In this document: piece by piece, positions 12,801-25,199 of the stretch
Numbering within the stretch: the first letter of the stretch is position 1
How the letters are laid out: each line of letters starts with the position of its first letter
Assembly (NCBI GenBank): GCA_028534125.1
Contig: CM052816.1
Location: forward strand, 65,350,001-65,414,000
Direction: 5' to 3'
Length of the DNA stretch: 64,000 bases
Source: Lama glama
Taxonomy: Eukaryota
The notes under the pieces: model-generated
Told to the model about the DNA's origin: nothing
Databases searched by the model: none
What the model saw: only the letters and a program-made list of their open reading frames with translations
Program-made: the position numbers and the translations under genes

Positions 12801-13049
12801 AGAAGAGCCAGGGGAGAGAAGAACTCTTAATCCTTTGTCTGGTCCAGTTGTCAAAGTCTTTTGTCTTTAGCTATCTTTTTTTTTTTTTTCATCAATGACA
12901 TATAATCCATTTAACCATGGGAACAAGAACCACAGGTTTAGCCTGTGCTCGTCTGCAAACCTCCCCTTGAACAACTCTTTTTTTGGCTCTTTTTCTTCTG
13001 TTGCAAACTGAACAGAGGCTCAGTCTTTAGGAACCATCCTTTACACCTC

Positions 13050-13578
13050 TTAATTAGTTACTTATTTCTGCATATGCCCCAAACTTAGAGGCTAAAGCAA
13101 CATAACATTTTATTATGCCCACAGTTTCCTTGGGTTAGTAATTAGAGAGATGCTGAGCTGGGTGTTTCAGAATTTCTTATGATATTACAATCAAGATATG
13201 CATCCAGACTGTGTTCATCTGAAGACTTGACTGGAGCTGGAAGATCCACTCCCAAGATGGCTCACCCACATGGCAGGCACATTGGTGCTGGTTGTTGACA
13301 GGAAGCTTCAGTTCTTTGTCAGGGGGTCCTCTGCACAGGACTGTTTAAGTATTCTCATGGCATGGGGGCTGTTTCACAAAGTATGAATGATCCACAAGAG
13401 ATTAAGATGGAAGCTTCAATGCCTTTTATTATGGAGCCTCAAAAGTCATATGGTGTCACTTCCCAAATATCCTTTTGTTCACACAGACCAGCCCTATTCA
13501 GTTTGAGGGGAGACTACACAAGAGAGTGAATCCCAGGAGGTGGGGATCATTGGATCATTTTGGAGACTGGCTGCTAGT
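13050..13578 (-). mobile_element. MaLR LTR (MLT1G/H-like)
   Basis: CCCCAAACTTAG, TTGACTGGAGCTGGAAGATCCACTCCCAAGATGGCTCACCCACATGG and terminal TTTTGGAGACTGGCTGCTA. Confidence 0.8.
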
Positions 13579-13719
13579 AGAAGAGTCTGCCTTCTGGCCC
13601 TTAATGATTCACATCCCTCTCACATGCTAAATTCACTAATAACCCCTTTTGTGGTCCCCCAAATTCTCATTCTATTATGGCATCAACTCCAAGTCTCAGA
13701 TCTCATTATCTAAACCAGG
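13579..13719 (-). mobile_element. MLT1 internal-sequence remnant
   Basis: Directly abuts the LTR: GTCTGCCTTCTGGCCC...ATTCACATCCCTCTCACATGC...GGCATCAACTCCAAGTC, typical of MLT1-int. Confidence 0.65.
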
Positions 13720-14319
13720 TATGTTAGTTTTCTATTGCTGTGTAACAAATTGGGCAAATATAATAGCTTAAAATATCCCCATTTATTATCTTATAGTCCT
13801 ATAGGTGAGAAGCCTGGGCACAGAGGAACTGGGGTCTTAGCTCAGGAACTCACAAGGCTGAAATCAAAGTGTTAGCCAGGGCTGCAGTCCTTATTTTGAG
13901 GTTGGGGTTTTCTTTCAGACTCATTTAGATTGTTGGCAGAGTTCAGTTACTTGTGATTGGTGGGCTGGGATTCCTAGAGGTCACTGCCATTCTTGATCAT
14001 GTAGCTGTCTCCACAGTACAGCAGTTCGCTCCTTCAAGGCCAGCAAAAGTTCCCACCGCTTGGAATCTCTGACTTCTTTGACTCTGACCTCTAGACCCAG
14101 GCTTAAAGGTTTAATCTGATCAGACCAGACATACCAGCAAAATCACCATTCAACTCCAAGTCAACTGATTAGTAATCTTAATTATATCTGAAAAATCCTT
14201 TTTGCCTTGTAAAGTAACAGAATCAAGGGAGTGATATTACATCATAGGCACAGAATTCATCAACACTCAAAAGATAGAAATTACACTAGAGATGGGAATC
14301 TTAGAGTCTATCTAGCATA
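13720..14319 (-). mobile_element. MaLR LTR (MLT1E/F-like), inserted into the MLT1 internal region
   Basis: TATGTTAGTTTTCTATTGCTGTGTAACAAAT...TCACAAGGCTGAAATCAAAGTGTTAGCCAGGGCTGCAGT...AAGTCAACTGATTAG...GGGAATCTTAGAGTCTATCTAGCATA. Confidence 0.8.
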
Positions 14320-14347
14320 TCGGGTCTAGGTATAGGCAAGATAAATC

Positions 14348-14926
14348 GTGATTAGTTTTCTGTTATTCTGTAATAAGTTACCCCCAAACTTAGTAGCATG
14401 AACAGTAAGCACGATTAACAGCAATGTAGCAATAAACAGGATAAACCACTCTCACACAGTTTGTATGGATCAGGAATTCAAAAAGATCTTAGTTGAATGA
14501 TTCTGGATTGGGTCTCTCATGAAGTTGCAGTCAAGAAGTCAGCGAGGGTTATGGATGTCTAAAGGCTTGATTGGAGCTGGAGGATGTGCTTCTCAGGTGA
14601 TTCACTTGATTGTCAAGCTGGTATTGGCTTTTACAGTGGGGGTGGGGGTGGGGTTGGGGGTACTCTCATTTCCTCTGCAGACAGGCTGCTTCCTAGGCTG
14701 CACAAAAGTCTTCATGACGTGGTGGCTGACTTCCACTGGAGTGAGTGATCAAAGGAAACAAGGCAAAAGCAGTAATATCTTTTATGATACTAAGCTTCAA
14801 AGAGTTACACATCATCACTCCTGTCAATTCTATTGGTCACATCAGCCAATCTAATATGATGTAGGAAGCGCCATGAATACCAGGAGATAAGTACCACTGA
14901 GGCTATCTTTGAGGCTTGCTACTGCA
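14348..14926 (-). mobile_element. MaLR LTR (MLT1G/H-like), second copy
   Basis: Shares CCCCAAACTTAG, GGCTTGATTGGAGCTGGAGGAT and ATGAATACCAGGAG...GAGGCTTGCTAC with the 13050-13578 LTR. Confidence 0.75.
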
Positions 14927-15099
14927 ACCTTAGTTAATAACAACAAAATAAACAAGTATTTTTATACTGAGGAAGATTTCTGGAATCCGTTCCTGCCTCT
15001 TCAGGTTTTCTCTTTCTCTCTTGGACCTCTGCAGGAGCTTTATAGCACCTGTCCTTGTTTCCAGTGTTATCCCTTTTAAAACCCTTCAAAGCAGTCCAG

Positions 15100-15330
15100 C
15101 TAAAAGGCATGATACCTCCTACTTTTATAACCCTATAGGTATAGTTCTTAACAAGGCATTCTAGGCAATAATCTGTGCCTACATCTCTTGCATATCCTTT
15201 TGGCTTCTCTCACCCTCCAGCTATTTCTATGTTTCAGTCATGCTGAACCTCTTACTGTTTCCCCCAAACATGCTAGGCTCTGTCATGTCTCTGTTTGCCT
15301 TTGCTTATCCTGTTCTCTCTGCCAGAAGTA
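15100..15330 (+). mobile_element. L2 LINE fragment
   Basis: ACCCTCCAGC...TGAACCTCTTACTGTTTCCCCCAAACATGC...CCTTTGCTTATCCTGTTCTCTCTGCC. Confidence 0.55.
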
Positions 15331-16804
15331 AGAGTGACTATACATTTCCTAAAAACTAGGGAGCTACTGTGCTAAATCACACACTGAATGGTCTAATTTC
15401 ATTCTTGACACAACCTGACGTGGTTACTATTATTATTACCCTCCTTCTACACATGGGCACTACGAATCCTGCATAGTGGCTAAAAATATAGACTCTAGAG
15501 AGGAATCTGGGGGTTCTACCATAAACATTTTTGTTATTTCCATACAAATAGTTTGAAAACGCCAAGATTTGTTATTAAAATTTGCTAACCAATTTTAGGT
15601 GTGCCCAACCAAATCAAGTTGAATTTTATTTTAAGTATGTGTATGAGTTTGTATACATATTACCAGTGAAGTGTAGAGGGAAAAAGTTGATCATCTGAAA
15701 TTTGATTTTCCTTTCCTGGGACAAAGAAGGTTTGGGAATGTCAAATTGTTAAGTGATCAACACATTAATCTATTTTGACCTTCAATATGGATATAGGTAT
15801 ATTTTGTCCACTCTCTTTCCAAACTTCTTTCCCCAATGTCAAGAACAGTTTGTTTGCTTCATGTGGCCAAATAAATGTATATAACATTAGAACACTGCCT
15901 AAATATTGTGTTTTCAATATTGCTTGCTTTTCGCCATGAATCATAATATCCAGCATAGCTTAAAAGAATCTAAGGTCATTCAACTTCAAATCATAATAAA
16001 TTTGAGATTTACACAAGAATTTTTAAGCATTTTTTATGCACTGGTCATTTAAGAAATGCTATATGAAAAACAAAGCAAAGTAAATAATTGACAAAAACAC
16101 TATGCAACTTCAAGAACTATGGTGTGAACTCTCCGTTGTCTGTATATGGTTTAGAGTTCTCAAGAAAATTGAAAAAAACATTCCTTTCATTTCCCTTAGC
16201 ATTGGCAAAACCTCACTGATTATAATTCAAGAAAGTTGACATTTAGAAAATCGGACTGAAGCTCCTCTTTGTAAACCAAGTAAATTAATAATATAAATAA
16301 GAGAGATGAGTGCAGCTGGCAGGGGACACTCATGCCTTCGAGCAGCCCATGTATATAAACAATGAGTTTAATGAGCACAGTGCATTCCTACATCAGCTCC
16401 ATGTCTTTGCAAGTTTTTTGTATTTTACTGCAAATATTAAACTTCATGTCTCTTTGTTGCTCAAGTAGTTTAAATTTTTAAAATTTTTATTATCAAAGTT
16501 ATGACTCAATAGCTTAATATCATATGAAACAAAACAGTTATAAACCCCTGGTCCATTCCATCCAATACTCCAGAGATTATCCCTATTAAATAAAGATCTG
16601 TTTCTTGAGAAAGCCATCTAGACACTAATTTTTTTTAATGTTCTCAAATGATCATTTACTATAGTAGGTTTACATTAATGGGTCTTTTACTGTTATTCTA
16701 CTCTTCTCCTCTGCCTTCTGTCAAAAGGTATGAATGGAACATATTTTAAGCAGTTATGTAGCTTCTGCTTTAGGGATGATATTTCTATTCATCCATTACC
16801 TGCT

Positions 16805-16880
16805 TTTAAAAGCATTTTTGATAATAGTCATCCTAGTGGATGTGAAGTGATATCTCATTGTGGTTTTAATTTGCTTTATT
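16805..16880 (-). mobile_element. L1 ORF2 3' fragment
   Basis: ATAGTCATCCTAGTGGATGTGAAGTGATATCTCATTGTGGTTTTAATTTGC, the antisense of the [13 protein letters not shown] motif. Confidence 0.75.
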
Positions 16881-18599
16881 CACTTAATTTCATCATTAAA
16901 GTTTATTTATTGTTAACATTGGGATATATTTTCCATTTTATGCAAACTTTTTTTTTAAATTGGGGGTCATTGAATATATGTAGTTGTAGTTGGGCAATCT
17001 GAATTTAATAGCATTAGTAGAGTATTTTCCTATACTATTAAAATTCTTTATGAATATTATTTTAGTGAGTATAAAAATTACATAAGGATGTATTCAAATG
17101 TATGTGTCCATTTTAATTGAATATTGGCATACTGAAAATAATGGATTTTAATGGAACTGGCAGTCTTAGTACAAAGCAGATTCGAGCCTCAAACAAAAGG
17201 AGTACTGTGAATACAATGAAACAGGTGAATTTTCGTAACACTATGTGTCATTCTATTAACTTCTTTAAACACTAAATTCACTTGATATTATAATAAACAA
17301 AGTTAAGAACACATGTTAGGTAATTTAAACTATCAGATATCCTAAAGCAATAATCTTTCACTGGAGGTTTATTCTTTGCATAATTAGATGCCTCTTATAT
17401 TTTAAATAAAGGTTTTAAAACAAGAAATGTCTTTAGGGATTAAACCAACCAGATTTTATCATTGAAAACATGTTAACAGTTCAGTTAAGCCTGGCTTTCC
17501 TCTGGATAATCAGTCTTTATAAATGCTCACCGATGGATCTTTAAAACATCCTGTTGAGATCATTATCAAGATCCCAGTTATATATTATGAAATAAAAGGC
17601 TTATAATGGAATACTTGAACTTTCCTGCCCCACATGGGAGATCTATTTTTTATTTATGGTATTCACAATAAGAAGTGGTGCTGAGAAGATCAAAATATTA
17701 TTTGATCTTAGTGGTTTTGGGGTGGAGAAACTGGCACTGCCTTTATTTTTGTATAACTTGGCACAAGCAAATGCTTTCAGGAGGGACTTTCAGAGCAGAC
17801 TTCTGTCAAATTTGCCATATGGAGTTATTGGGCTCAGGTTATAGAGGTTTCCTGGTTATGAGCCTGATTTAGGAATTATCGGTGCTCTCCAGGATTTCCT
17901 CCCAACACAGAGGATGTGTGTGGAAGAAACTGACACCTCAGGAAACCAGTAAAGTTGGGTGTTTGGGAGGTTTACATGGGTCCCAACATTTCTGAGAGGT
18001 GCCATGGCTCATGAACTTCATTGGCAACAGCAAAGACAATTCCTGTTTGCCTTTGAGTGTAGCTGATAGTCTGACACTTAACCTTGTTGGGATGGTACGA
18101 ACTGTCCCCTTCCCCACACATCTCACCCCAGCACTCCCCAAAGCCCAAGACCATGTCAGCTACAGGCCAGCTGAGGAAGGAGGCTGACTCCAGGGCAGTT
18201 GCAGAAATCTGCTTTACTCAATAGCATCATAATGTAGATACAACCTTGAGTTTACCTACTTCTGAGGACTGTGGGTGATGAAGTGTGGGATGTTGTGGAA
18301 CTGAAGATGTGAAAATCTTTTCTACTAGACGAAGAGGAGGAGGAAGTTGGGGGCACAGGTGGGGAGTAGGAAGGGAAAATCCAATTTTGAGAGTTTTCGT
18401 GTTCTGAACACTAAGAAACACCTTCTCCTCATAGGGCAGAGTTCCATGTGATAAGGCAGCCCGGTTCTCAAGTGTCTTTCCTTGAGGAACATCGTGGGGA
18501 GGGTGTTCCTTCCTGGGGCTCACCTGTGGAGCTTGTGTCCATGTTCTCATGTCAGCCCCACTCCCAGTGATTTTTTAATATTATGGAGCATGGATTAAG

Positions 18600-18790
18600 G
18601 TAGAGGTTGAAAACTGGCCCCCTTAGCTCAATGATAGATTTTAGTTTTTAAAAATGCAGTGTTTATTTTTTTAAAAAGCAGTTAAAACTGTTAATGCAGT
18701 TTAAAAAAAATCAGAGAAACTTACATTAAAAACAGATTTTGTTTCTCTTGGAACCAAAGCCAATCTGGCAGCAGTTGGCTCACTCTCTCA
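18600..18790. mobile_element. MER102-like hAT DNA transposon fragment
   Basis: AGAGGTTGAAAACTGGCCC...AAAATCAGAGAAACTTACATTAAAAACAGATTT...CTCTTGGAA...ATCTGGCAGCA. Confidence 0.5.
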
Positions 18791-19109
18791 CCTCCCAAGA
18801 GTGGTGCATATTGAATAGTGGCTCACTCTTAGGGGTCCCTCTCTAGAACCCCAGTGGAGTCCCCACCTGCTTGCTTCATGAATTTGCATCCTGCCTAACC
18901 CCTGAAGGTATCTGACTGTTCTACCCCTCATTGGGATTAGGGAATTTATCAGAAAAGTGACCCCCAAAGAAGACTTTGACGGGTGTCCTCTTGCAGAGCA
19001 GAGGACACCAAGCAAGCACATTCTGGTTGCAGGGTCAAATCCACTGAGAGGCAGTGAGGACAAATATCTTGGTGATTGACTGAATAATTCTAAAAGGTGG
19101 GAGTTAAAC

Positions 19110-19262
19110 TATCTATGTCATAATCGTCTCTGGAACTTGTTTACAATGCATATTCAGGGAAACCTAAGGGAATCAGAATTTCTGGGGAAAAGGCGTGGCC
19201 TCTGAACATTCTAGAAATGTCCCAGGTGATTCTTATGAAACATAAACGAGAATTATTGGATT
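19110..19262. mobile_element. MER5-type MITE
   Basis: GAATCAGAATTTCTGGGG...CCCAGGTGATTCTTATG. Confidence 0.5.
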
Positions 19263-20234
19263 CTTCCTGGATCTAGATAGCACTTCTGCTTGGCAGATCC
19301 AATTAGAGGGAGCCGATGGGCCTTAGGAAATAATCTTAACTCATCAGTCCAACGATGCTGAAGGTGCAGAATTTTGTCCTTATCAAAAGCCAATGGATGC
19401 CGACCCTTATTAGTTAGTGTCCAGCCTTAGATCAGGTACAGCAGTAAATAAAGTAGAGAAATATGCATTTTTGTATGTAACAAAAAGAGGGTTATTCTTT
19501 TCTCTGTCATCATAAAAAAGCAAGGAGTCACTGGGCCTTTATTTTTCTTTTAGCCGCATTATTATTTTAACCCCCATCTTTAATGTGGAATTAAAATGTC
19601 ATACATCTATTCGCTTTCATTTTTAATATCTGGAAGGGTTTTAGCTTGATGTAATTAGTATGTAGGCCATGCTCTTTACTCTGATCTCACAGATGAGTCA
19701 CTCCACAACCCCAGCGCAGAACTGCTTCTGGGATCCTGTTGGCTAACCAGGCTTTGAAACCCAGTGGGGAAAAAAAACAAAAGACAACAAAAAAACAAAA
19801 ACCCAAATCAAACCAAACAAAACGTGTGTTTTCTTCAGAGGTAATAAATAAGTGAGGAGTTACCATAAATATGCAGTTTTATTCATTCTAACTGATTTTT
19901 ACATTAAAAACTGACAAAGCTGTGCACAGATTGGATATAGATTCAGGTTCTGTATCTACACAGTTAATGCACACATGAATTATTCAGTGAAATTTGCTTC
20001 AGTGGATTTTTCTGAGTCATCTTGATGTGGGGCCAGTTTCAGATAATACATTAAACATTGTGCATTGTGGTCAATTCACTGTATTTTGATTCAGACTACA
20101 TCCTGTGTTGGTAAACCTGTTAAAATTCAAGTTTGTGTTGTAGTTCACATATGTCACTTTTCCTCAGATGTCCCCATCTAGTTTGGCTACCAAACAAAAA
20201 TACCTTCACTTCTCTGAGCCTTAGTGTTCGCTTG

Positions 20235-21250
20235 TTAATGATATTGGGGACACGCTGGTGAGAAAATAGACAATTGCTGTCCAGCCTGTGAGTGCTGTAG
20301 ACGGGGGAGGTACAAAGGAGTCAGGACAATAAATAGGAGGGTCAGGGAAGTTTCTAGAAGGAAGGGATCTCAGATCTCAGACCCAAAAGGTGAGTGGAAA
20401 TTGTGAAAGGAAGAAAGAAAGGAAAGGCATCCATTTTTCATTGCTGAGTATCATCCCACCACAGATTCAGTGACTTAAAACCACATTTATGATCGCAGTT
20501 TTCCAGGGTCAGGAATCTGGCCCAGTCAGTCTTACCTGGGTTCTGTGTGCAGGAGCACATGCGGCTACAGTCAGGTGGTGACCAGGTGCATTTATTTCTG
20601 GGGCTGGGGTCTTCTTTTCAAGTTCTTGCAGGTTGTTGGCGGAATTCAGTTCCCTGCGGTTTTAGGATTGAGATTCCCTCTTTCTTGCTGGCTGTCAGCT
20701 TGGGCTACTCTCAGGTGCTGGAGGCCATCTGCAGCCCCTCCCCACTCACAGCCCCTCCCCACTTACAGCCCCTCCCACATAGCAGCTTACTTCTTCAGAA
20801 CCAGCAGGAGAATGTCTCTCTGCAGGAAGGGCCCGTTTTTTCTTTTAACAACTTTCTCCTGATTAGGTCAGGCCCACCTAAGACAATCAACTGATTTTGG
20901 ACCCTTAATTATATCTTCAAAATCCCTTCACCTTCTCTAAACACCATAATCTAACCATGTGAGTGACATCTTATGCTCATAGGTCTAGCCCACATTTAAG
21001 AGAAGGGGATTACATTGGGCATGGATATGAAGAGATGGGAATCTTGGGGAACATCTTCAAATTGTGCCGACCACAGGGATGTTCCAGGCAGAAAGAACCA
21101 AGTATAGAAAAGAAACCTAAATAAAAGTATAGCAATTACCAGTGTCTGAGGGTAAGCCTTGAGTGCTGACCAGATGAGACCAGGCAGGTCAAGTTAAGTA
21201 ATGTGGGCTTTATCCTTAGAGAATAGAGAAGCCACTGCTGGGTTTAACTA
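20235..21250 (-). mobile_element. L2 LINE fragment interrupted by an MLT1 LTR
   Basis: GGTCAGGGAAGTTTCTAGAAGGAAGGGATCTCAGATCTCAGACC before the LTR; GTTCCAGGCAGAAAGAAC and GGGCTTTATCCTTAG...GAAGCCACTG after it. Confidence 0.55.
20428..21075 (-). mobile_element. MaLR LTR (MLT1E-like)
   Basis: CAGTGACTTAAAACCACATTTAT...GGGTCAGGAATCTGG...CAGGTTGTTGGCGGAATTCAGTTCC...GATTAGGTCAGGCCCACC...GGGAATCTTGGGGAACATCTT...GCCGACCACA. Confidence 0.85.
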
Positions 21251-21254
21251 CCCA

Positions 21255-21585
21255 TGCATGCAATATTATGCAACAGTGAAGTACCTAGTTTCACAGAGTA
21301 TTTGAAAAATTAAAATACAGAAAACCTCATACAATAAAAATGAAAAAAATCAGGATATGTGTTCATATTACATAGTATCAGTTTTGGAAATATATATATG
21401 CACATTTTAAAAGACTGAAAGTAAATAGATCCATCTGTTAGCCATGGATTTGAGTGGGGAACTATGGATGTTAGCTATCTCTGGGTGAGGAATTATGGTT
21501 GATTTAGAGATTCCTTGTCCCTTTTTTATTTCTAAAATTCTCCACAATAAATATGTATCTCTCATAATAATAATTAACTAAAAAC
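21255..21585 (+). mobile_element. Ancient L1ME 3' end
   Basis: AAAAGACTGAAAGTAAATA...TATCTCTGGGTGAGGAATTATGGTTGATTT...TCTAAAATTCTCCACAATAAATATGTAT. Confidence 0.6.
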
Positions 21586-22840
21586 CTACTTGTGATACTT
21601 GCAAAAACAAATAAATCTGAGCACAGTTCTCTTTGAAGTCAGTTGAGGAATTCAGTGCTCCGTATGTTTTGACAGGTGGAAAACAAGATCAGGAATTAGC
21701 TGCCTGTGAGTGGTCCGAAGATGAGGACCAGTCAGTGGAAATGAAGTCCACGTTCAGCCAAGAGTGACAAGTATACCAGACCTACCCAGGTTTGTCTCAT
21801 GACCAAACAATGGGCAGGAAACTCAGTCTTTAAATTCTGGGGGTTATTGAAGTAACCTCCCTTTACCTCAGTTTCCTTATGCCTAAAAATGCAGGGGAGT
21901 GAAATTCTATCCTTGCCACAGGATTCAATTGAAAGTAATACACCAATGGCCTGAACTTCATCAGTCAAGCTCCTTTCTTCTTGGAGGAGTTATTTAAACA
22001 GTTCCACTTCCCAGGCACCCACTGGACATGGAACTCACAGTCAGCGCAAGATGCTGGAGGTGCCGAGTGCTATTTCATGAATGGCATCACCTGTGTCACC
22101 TTGCCAAGTCCATTTCAACTTGCAGAAGTGTTCATTTGGGAAGAGGAGGGAAGAGTCCTTTGAGAGCCATATGGGAATTTGAAAATAAGTAACATTGACA
22201 ACAAAATCCTTCAGACATATCTTCAAGTTTCAAGAGAGCAGTTAACAGAAAAGAAAAACGTATTATTTTTAGAAGTTGTTTGGGAGGTGAAAGGATTTTT
22301 CTGAGGGAAGGAGAGCAGAGAATGGGTAGAAGAGATTGTTTTCCTTGGCACTGCAATATCTCAGGGATCTTTGAGTCAAAATATAATGAAATGAGGCTTT
22401 TCATCTCTCCTGCTTCAAAAAAAAAAAAAGAAAGAAAAGAAAGTCAAGTGAACTAGAAAACCAGTTGGTCACCAAATAGACCACATTTCTAATATATGGC
22501 AAGATGGCTAAAATAAAAGCTCTTAAAATACATATTTTAAAATTAGATTTCTGACCTTCGATACAGCTTATCATGCTATTTATACTGTGGCAGAAGGAGA
22601 TGATTTTTCAGTAGTTGCCTCATCAAAGACATGACTCACATTTTCTTAAGCATTTATACCATATGTTTCCTGAGGTTGAAAAAAAAGGGGGGGTTCTTTT
22701 TTCTGTGCAATCAGTGAGATGTGAACAAAAAAATTTTTAAAAATCATTTCAAAGAATATTTTGGGGGGCATGCAGCTTACAAATGTTGATTTCTAAAGAA
22801 ATCATGTCAACTATTTGGCCAGTGTAGCCATTTGTTAGAC

Positions 22841-23724
22841 TTTTTTTTTAATTGAAATATAGTTGATTTACAATGTTGTGTTAGTTTCTGATATACAGCA
22901 TAGTGATGCAGTTAGACGTATATAGTTTTTTCTTTTTCCTATTCTTTTTGATTATGTTATTACAAGCTATTGAATATAGTTCCCTGTGCTACACAGTAGA
23001 CACTTGTTGTTTATCTATTTTGCATATAGTTGTTTGTATCTGCTAATCCCTCCCTGCCTTCCCCATTGGTAACCGTAAGTTTGTTTTCTATGGCTGTGAG
23101 TCTGTTTCTGTTTTATAAATAAGTTCGTTTTTGTCATTTTTAAAGATTCTACATATAAGTGATATCATAAGATATTTGTTTTCCTCTGTCTGACTTACTT
23201 CACCACTTAATATGATCATCTCTAGGTCCATCCATGTTGCTGCCAATGGAGTTATTTTATTCTTTTTTATGACTGAGTAGCATTCCATTGTATATATACC
23301 ACAATGTCTTTATCCAGTCATTTGTTGATGGACATTTAGGTTGCTTCCCTGTCTTGGCTATTGTAAATAGCGCTGCTGTGAACATTAAGGTTCATGTATC
23401 TTAGTTTCCTCTGGATATGTGCCCAGGAGTGGGATTGCTGGATCAGGTGGTAACTCTATTTTTAGTTTTTGAGGAATCTCCATACTGTTTTCCATAATGG
23501 CTGCACCAAACGACATTCCCACCAACAGTGTAGGAGGGTTTTCTTTTCTCCACACCCTCTCCAGCATTTATCATTTGTGAACTTTCTAATGATGTCCATT
23601 CTGACCAATGTGAGGTGATACCTCATTGTAGTTTTGATTTGCATTTCACTGATAATTAGCAATATTGAGCATCTTTTCGTGTGCCTGTTGGCCATCTGTA
23701 TGCCTTCACTGGAGAAATGTCCAT
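22841..23724 (-). mobile_element. 5'-truncated L1 (ORF2 C-terminus plus 3'UTR) with degenerate TSD
   Basis: Poly(T) head; ORF-track peptides [29 protein letters not shown] and AATWMDLEMIIL match L1 ORF2/3' motifs; TSD-like GCCATTTGTTAGAC (22827-22840) vs GCCATTTTGTAGAT (23725-23738). Confidence 0.95.
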
Positions 23725-24519
23725 GCCATTTTGTAGATTTGTGAGTATAAATTAGAATCATTGTGATGCTAGTTTCACCATTAAGAAAAAAAGGCAGAAT
23801 TCAGTTTAGCAATGAAACACTTTCTATTCAAAAATGTGAATTTGAGGTGAGAAAGCCTTTGTTAAACTAGCTGAAAAGAATCATTTTAACATTTAAAAAG
23901 AAAAACATTACTTTAATTGACATGGAGTGACATTTTTGCATATGTACAAGCTGTGACTGTAAGATAATGGTTCAAACTATTTTCTGGCCAATGGAGATCA
24001 AAATGAATTTATTTTTATGATTATTAAAAACAGGGACCATTTTAATTCAAATATCTTTGCGTAATACAAAATTATTATTATAAAACTCCTAGGCAAATGT
24101 GTGTTTTATTTAACAAATGGGGAAGACCATACAGAGAAAATCATTAATGTATGAAAATCAGGGTCTCAGCTAGGGAATCTCTAGTTTCCCACTTGGTGAC
24201 CAAATCACTTGACATTTTATACCATTACTAATTTTTTTAGGGCACTAGATTTAGGAATAGAAAACATGTTCTACACACGTCATAAACACGTGCCTTAAGG
24301 AGGTACAATGTTTTCTGGAACCCTTACCTGTCCGTGGATTGCCCTGTCCCAGGTTGTCCCTACTTCTCATGTTACCTGGCTTTGGAAGGGTATCCTTCTG
24401 GTCACCCTTGTCAGGCACCTTACCCATCACCCTTACCTCCTCCTTATACTCTCTACCTAATCATCCCCCAAGTCCTTGCACTTCTGCCTTCTCAGTATCT
24501 CACAGATATATTCTATCTC

Positions 24520-25185
24520 AACTTTATTTATTATTTATGAGTAGTTTTAGGTTTGTAGTGAAACTGAGTAGAAGGTACTGAGATTTCCCATCTGTCAGTT
24601 GCCCTGACACATGCGTAGCCTCCCCTGTTATCAACAGCCCCCGCCTCAGTGGTGCATTTGTTACAGCTGATGAACCTACACTGACACACCATCACCCAGA
24701 GCCCATTGTTTGCATTAGGGTTCACTCTTGGTGTTGCGCATTTATGGGGTTAAGGCAAATGTATAATGACATGTGTCTACCATTATAGTGTCACACAGAT
24801 TTGTTCTCTCTGCCCTAAAACTTCTTTGTGCTCCAGTCACTCATTCCTCTCTTCCCCAACCCTCGGTAGCCACTGATCTCTCTACTGTCTCCATAGTTTT
24901 ACCTTTTATAAAATTATCATATATTTGGAATAATCCTGTATGTAGCCTTTTCAGATTGGTTTCTTTCACTTGGTAATGAGCATTCAAGTCCCTCCCCCAT
25001 GTCCTTTCATGGTTTAATAGCTCATTTCTTTTTAGCACTGAGTAATATTCCATTGCCTGGATGTATCAGTTTATTTATCCATTCACTTCCTAAAGGGCAT
25101 CTTGGTTACTTCCAAGTTTCGGCAGTTATGAATAAAGCTTCTATAAACATCTGTGTGCAGGTTTTTGCGTGGACATAAGTTTTGG
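24520..25185 (-). mobile_element. L1MC/L1MB-type 3' end
   Basis: GATGAACCTACACTGACACACCATCACCCAGAGCCCATTGTTTGCATTAGGGTTCACTCTTGGTGTTG and CCTTTTCAGATTGGTTTCTTTCACTT...TGAGTAATATTCCATTG. Confidence 0.9.
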
Positions 25186-25199
25186 GTAATCAGAGATAC

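Noticed and set aside
23088..23761. ORFs with real protein-like motifs ([19 protein letters not shown])
   Set aside because: Frameshifted L1 ORF2/3' remnants, not a host gene; the same applies to 24531-25053 and 35702-36950.
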